Shown: piece after piece, positions 63,210 through 64,000 of the stretch
Layout: each line of letters begins with the position of its first letter
Numbering within the stretch: the first letter of the stretch is position 1
Translations under genes and position numbers: made by a program
The notes under the pieces: generated by a model
Databases searched by the model: none
What the model saw: the letters and a program-made list of their open reading frames with translations, nothing else
Told to the model about the DNA's origin: nothing
Source: Octopus sinensis
Lineage: Eukaryota
Assembly (NCBI RefSeq): GCF_006345805.1
Contig: NC_043006.1
Coordinates: forward strand, 1,054,001-1,118,000
DNA: 64,000 bases
Direction: 5' to 3'

Positions 63210-63298
63210 GTCTACCTAGAGTCACATGGTCTACCTAGAGTCACATGGTCTACATTGGGTCACATGGTCTACATTGGGTCACATGGTCTACCTAGGGT
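63210..63298. repeat. 19-bp minisatellite, 4.7 copies
   Basis: gtctacctagagtcacatg x2, gtctacattgggtcacatg x2, then a partial unit. Confidence 0.95.
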
Positions 63299-63713
63299 TG
63301 TATTATCATCACGTTTCGGACGACGAGCTATTGCTGATGTTGTAGTTGTTCTTTAGCCCCAGGCCGACCCTTCATGATGAAATAGACCTGTGAGGAAAAG
63401 CATTCCATCCATGACCAACACATCACGTTTTTAGGAATAGGGGTCGTTTCCTCCAAACAGTAATGTGAGAGTTGAGAACGACTCGGCTGCTGATTGTAGC
63501 GGGTCGAGCATTGGCGTTAGGTAAGGTATACTTTGCGGTAAGGCTGGTGGTGTTGGTGGGAATGGCCGTGGTGGTGATGGTGTAGTGGTGGTTGTGGTGG
63601 TGGCGTTAAGGTGATAACTGTGATGATGATGTTGTTTGTCATTGATGGTTTTGTTGGTAGTGATGATGATGACATCGATGCTGGTGGTGGTGGTGGTGGT
63701 GGCGGTGACGTAA

Positions 63714-63938
63714 GGCGGCGAGCTGGCAGAAGCGTTAGCGCGCCGGGCGAAATGCTTAGCGGTCTTTCGTCTGCCGCTTCGTTCTGAGTTCAAATTCCGC
63801 CGAGGTCGACTTTGCCTTTCATCCTTTTGGGGTCGATTAAATAAGTACCGGTTACGTTCTGGGGTCGATATAATCGACTTAATCCGTTTGTCTGTCCCTG
63901 TTTGTCCTCTCTGTGTTGTGGGTAGTAAAGAAATAGGT
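63714..63938 (+). mobile_element. tRNA-derived SINE, group B (full length)
   Basis: ggcggcgagctggcagaagcgttag head, gagttcaaattccgcc B box, ttcatccttttggggtcgat core, gtgggtagtaaagaaatagg tail. Confidence 0.92.
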
Positions 63939-64000
63939 GGTGGTGCTGCTGCTGTTGATGATGATGATGATGTTAGTGGTGGTGGTGATGGTGGTGGTGG

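Noticed and set aside
63210-63298. CRISPR-like appearance of short repeats
   Set aside because: Head-to-tail units without unique spacers, no cas genes, eukaryotic context.

Overview
Eukaryotic, AT-rich, gene-poor window dominated by microsatellites and transposable-element debris, with one 100-N assembly gap (43038-43137). The mix of tRNA-derived SINEs and (TA)n/(TATG)n/(CA)n/(GGT)n tracts points to a coleoid cephalopod, most likely Octopus (inference, no database search). I found no intact protein-coding gene, tRNA, rRNA or CRISPR array. Almost all ORFs in the supplied track are translations of simple repeats, SINEs or decayed retroelements. Supported content: about 25 copies of four tRNA-head SINE groups (several with target-site duplications), decayed CR1, RTE, L2-like and HERO-like (REL endonuclease) LINE remnants, three mariner derivatives, a TIR element nested inside a SINE, and several Penelope-like termini. 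The strongest hidden signal is RNA structure. A type I hammerhead ribozyme with a fully intact catalytic core lies at 33410-33472, and a dispersed set of minimal, probably dimer-acting hammerheads shows covarying stems. Nearby on the same strand are a well-spaced CCAAT/TATA/Inr promoter-like site (32849-32934) and a pre-miRNA-like hairpin (35631-35717). All alignments and folds were done by eye, so identities are approximate and boundaries of decayed elements are uncertain by tens of bases.
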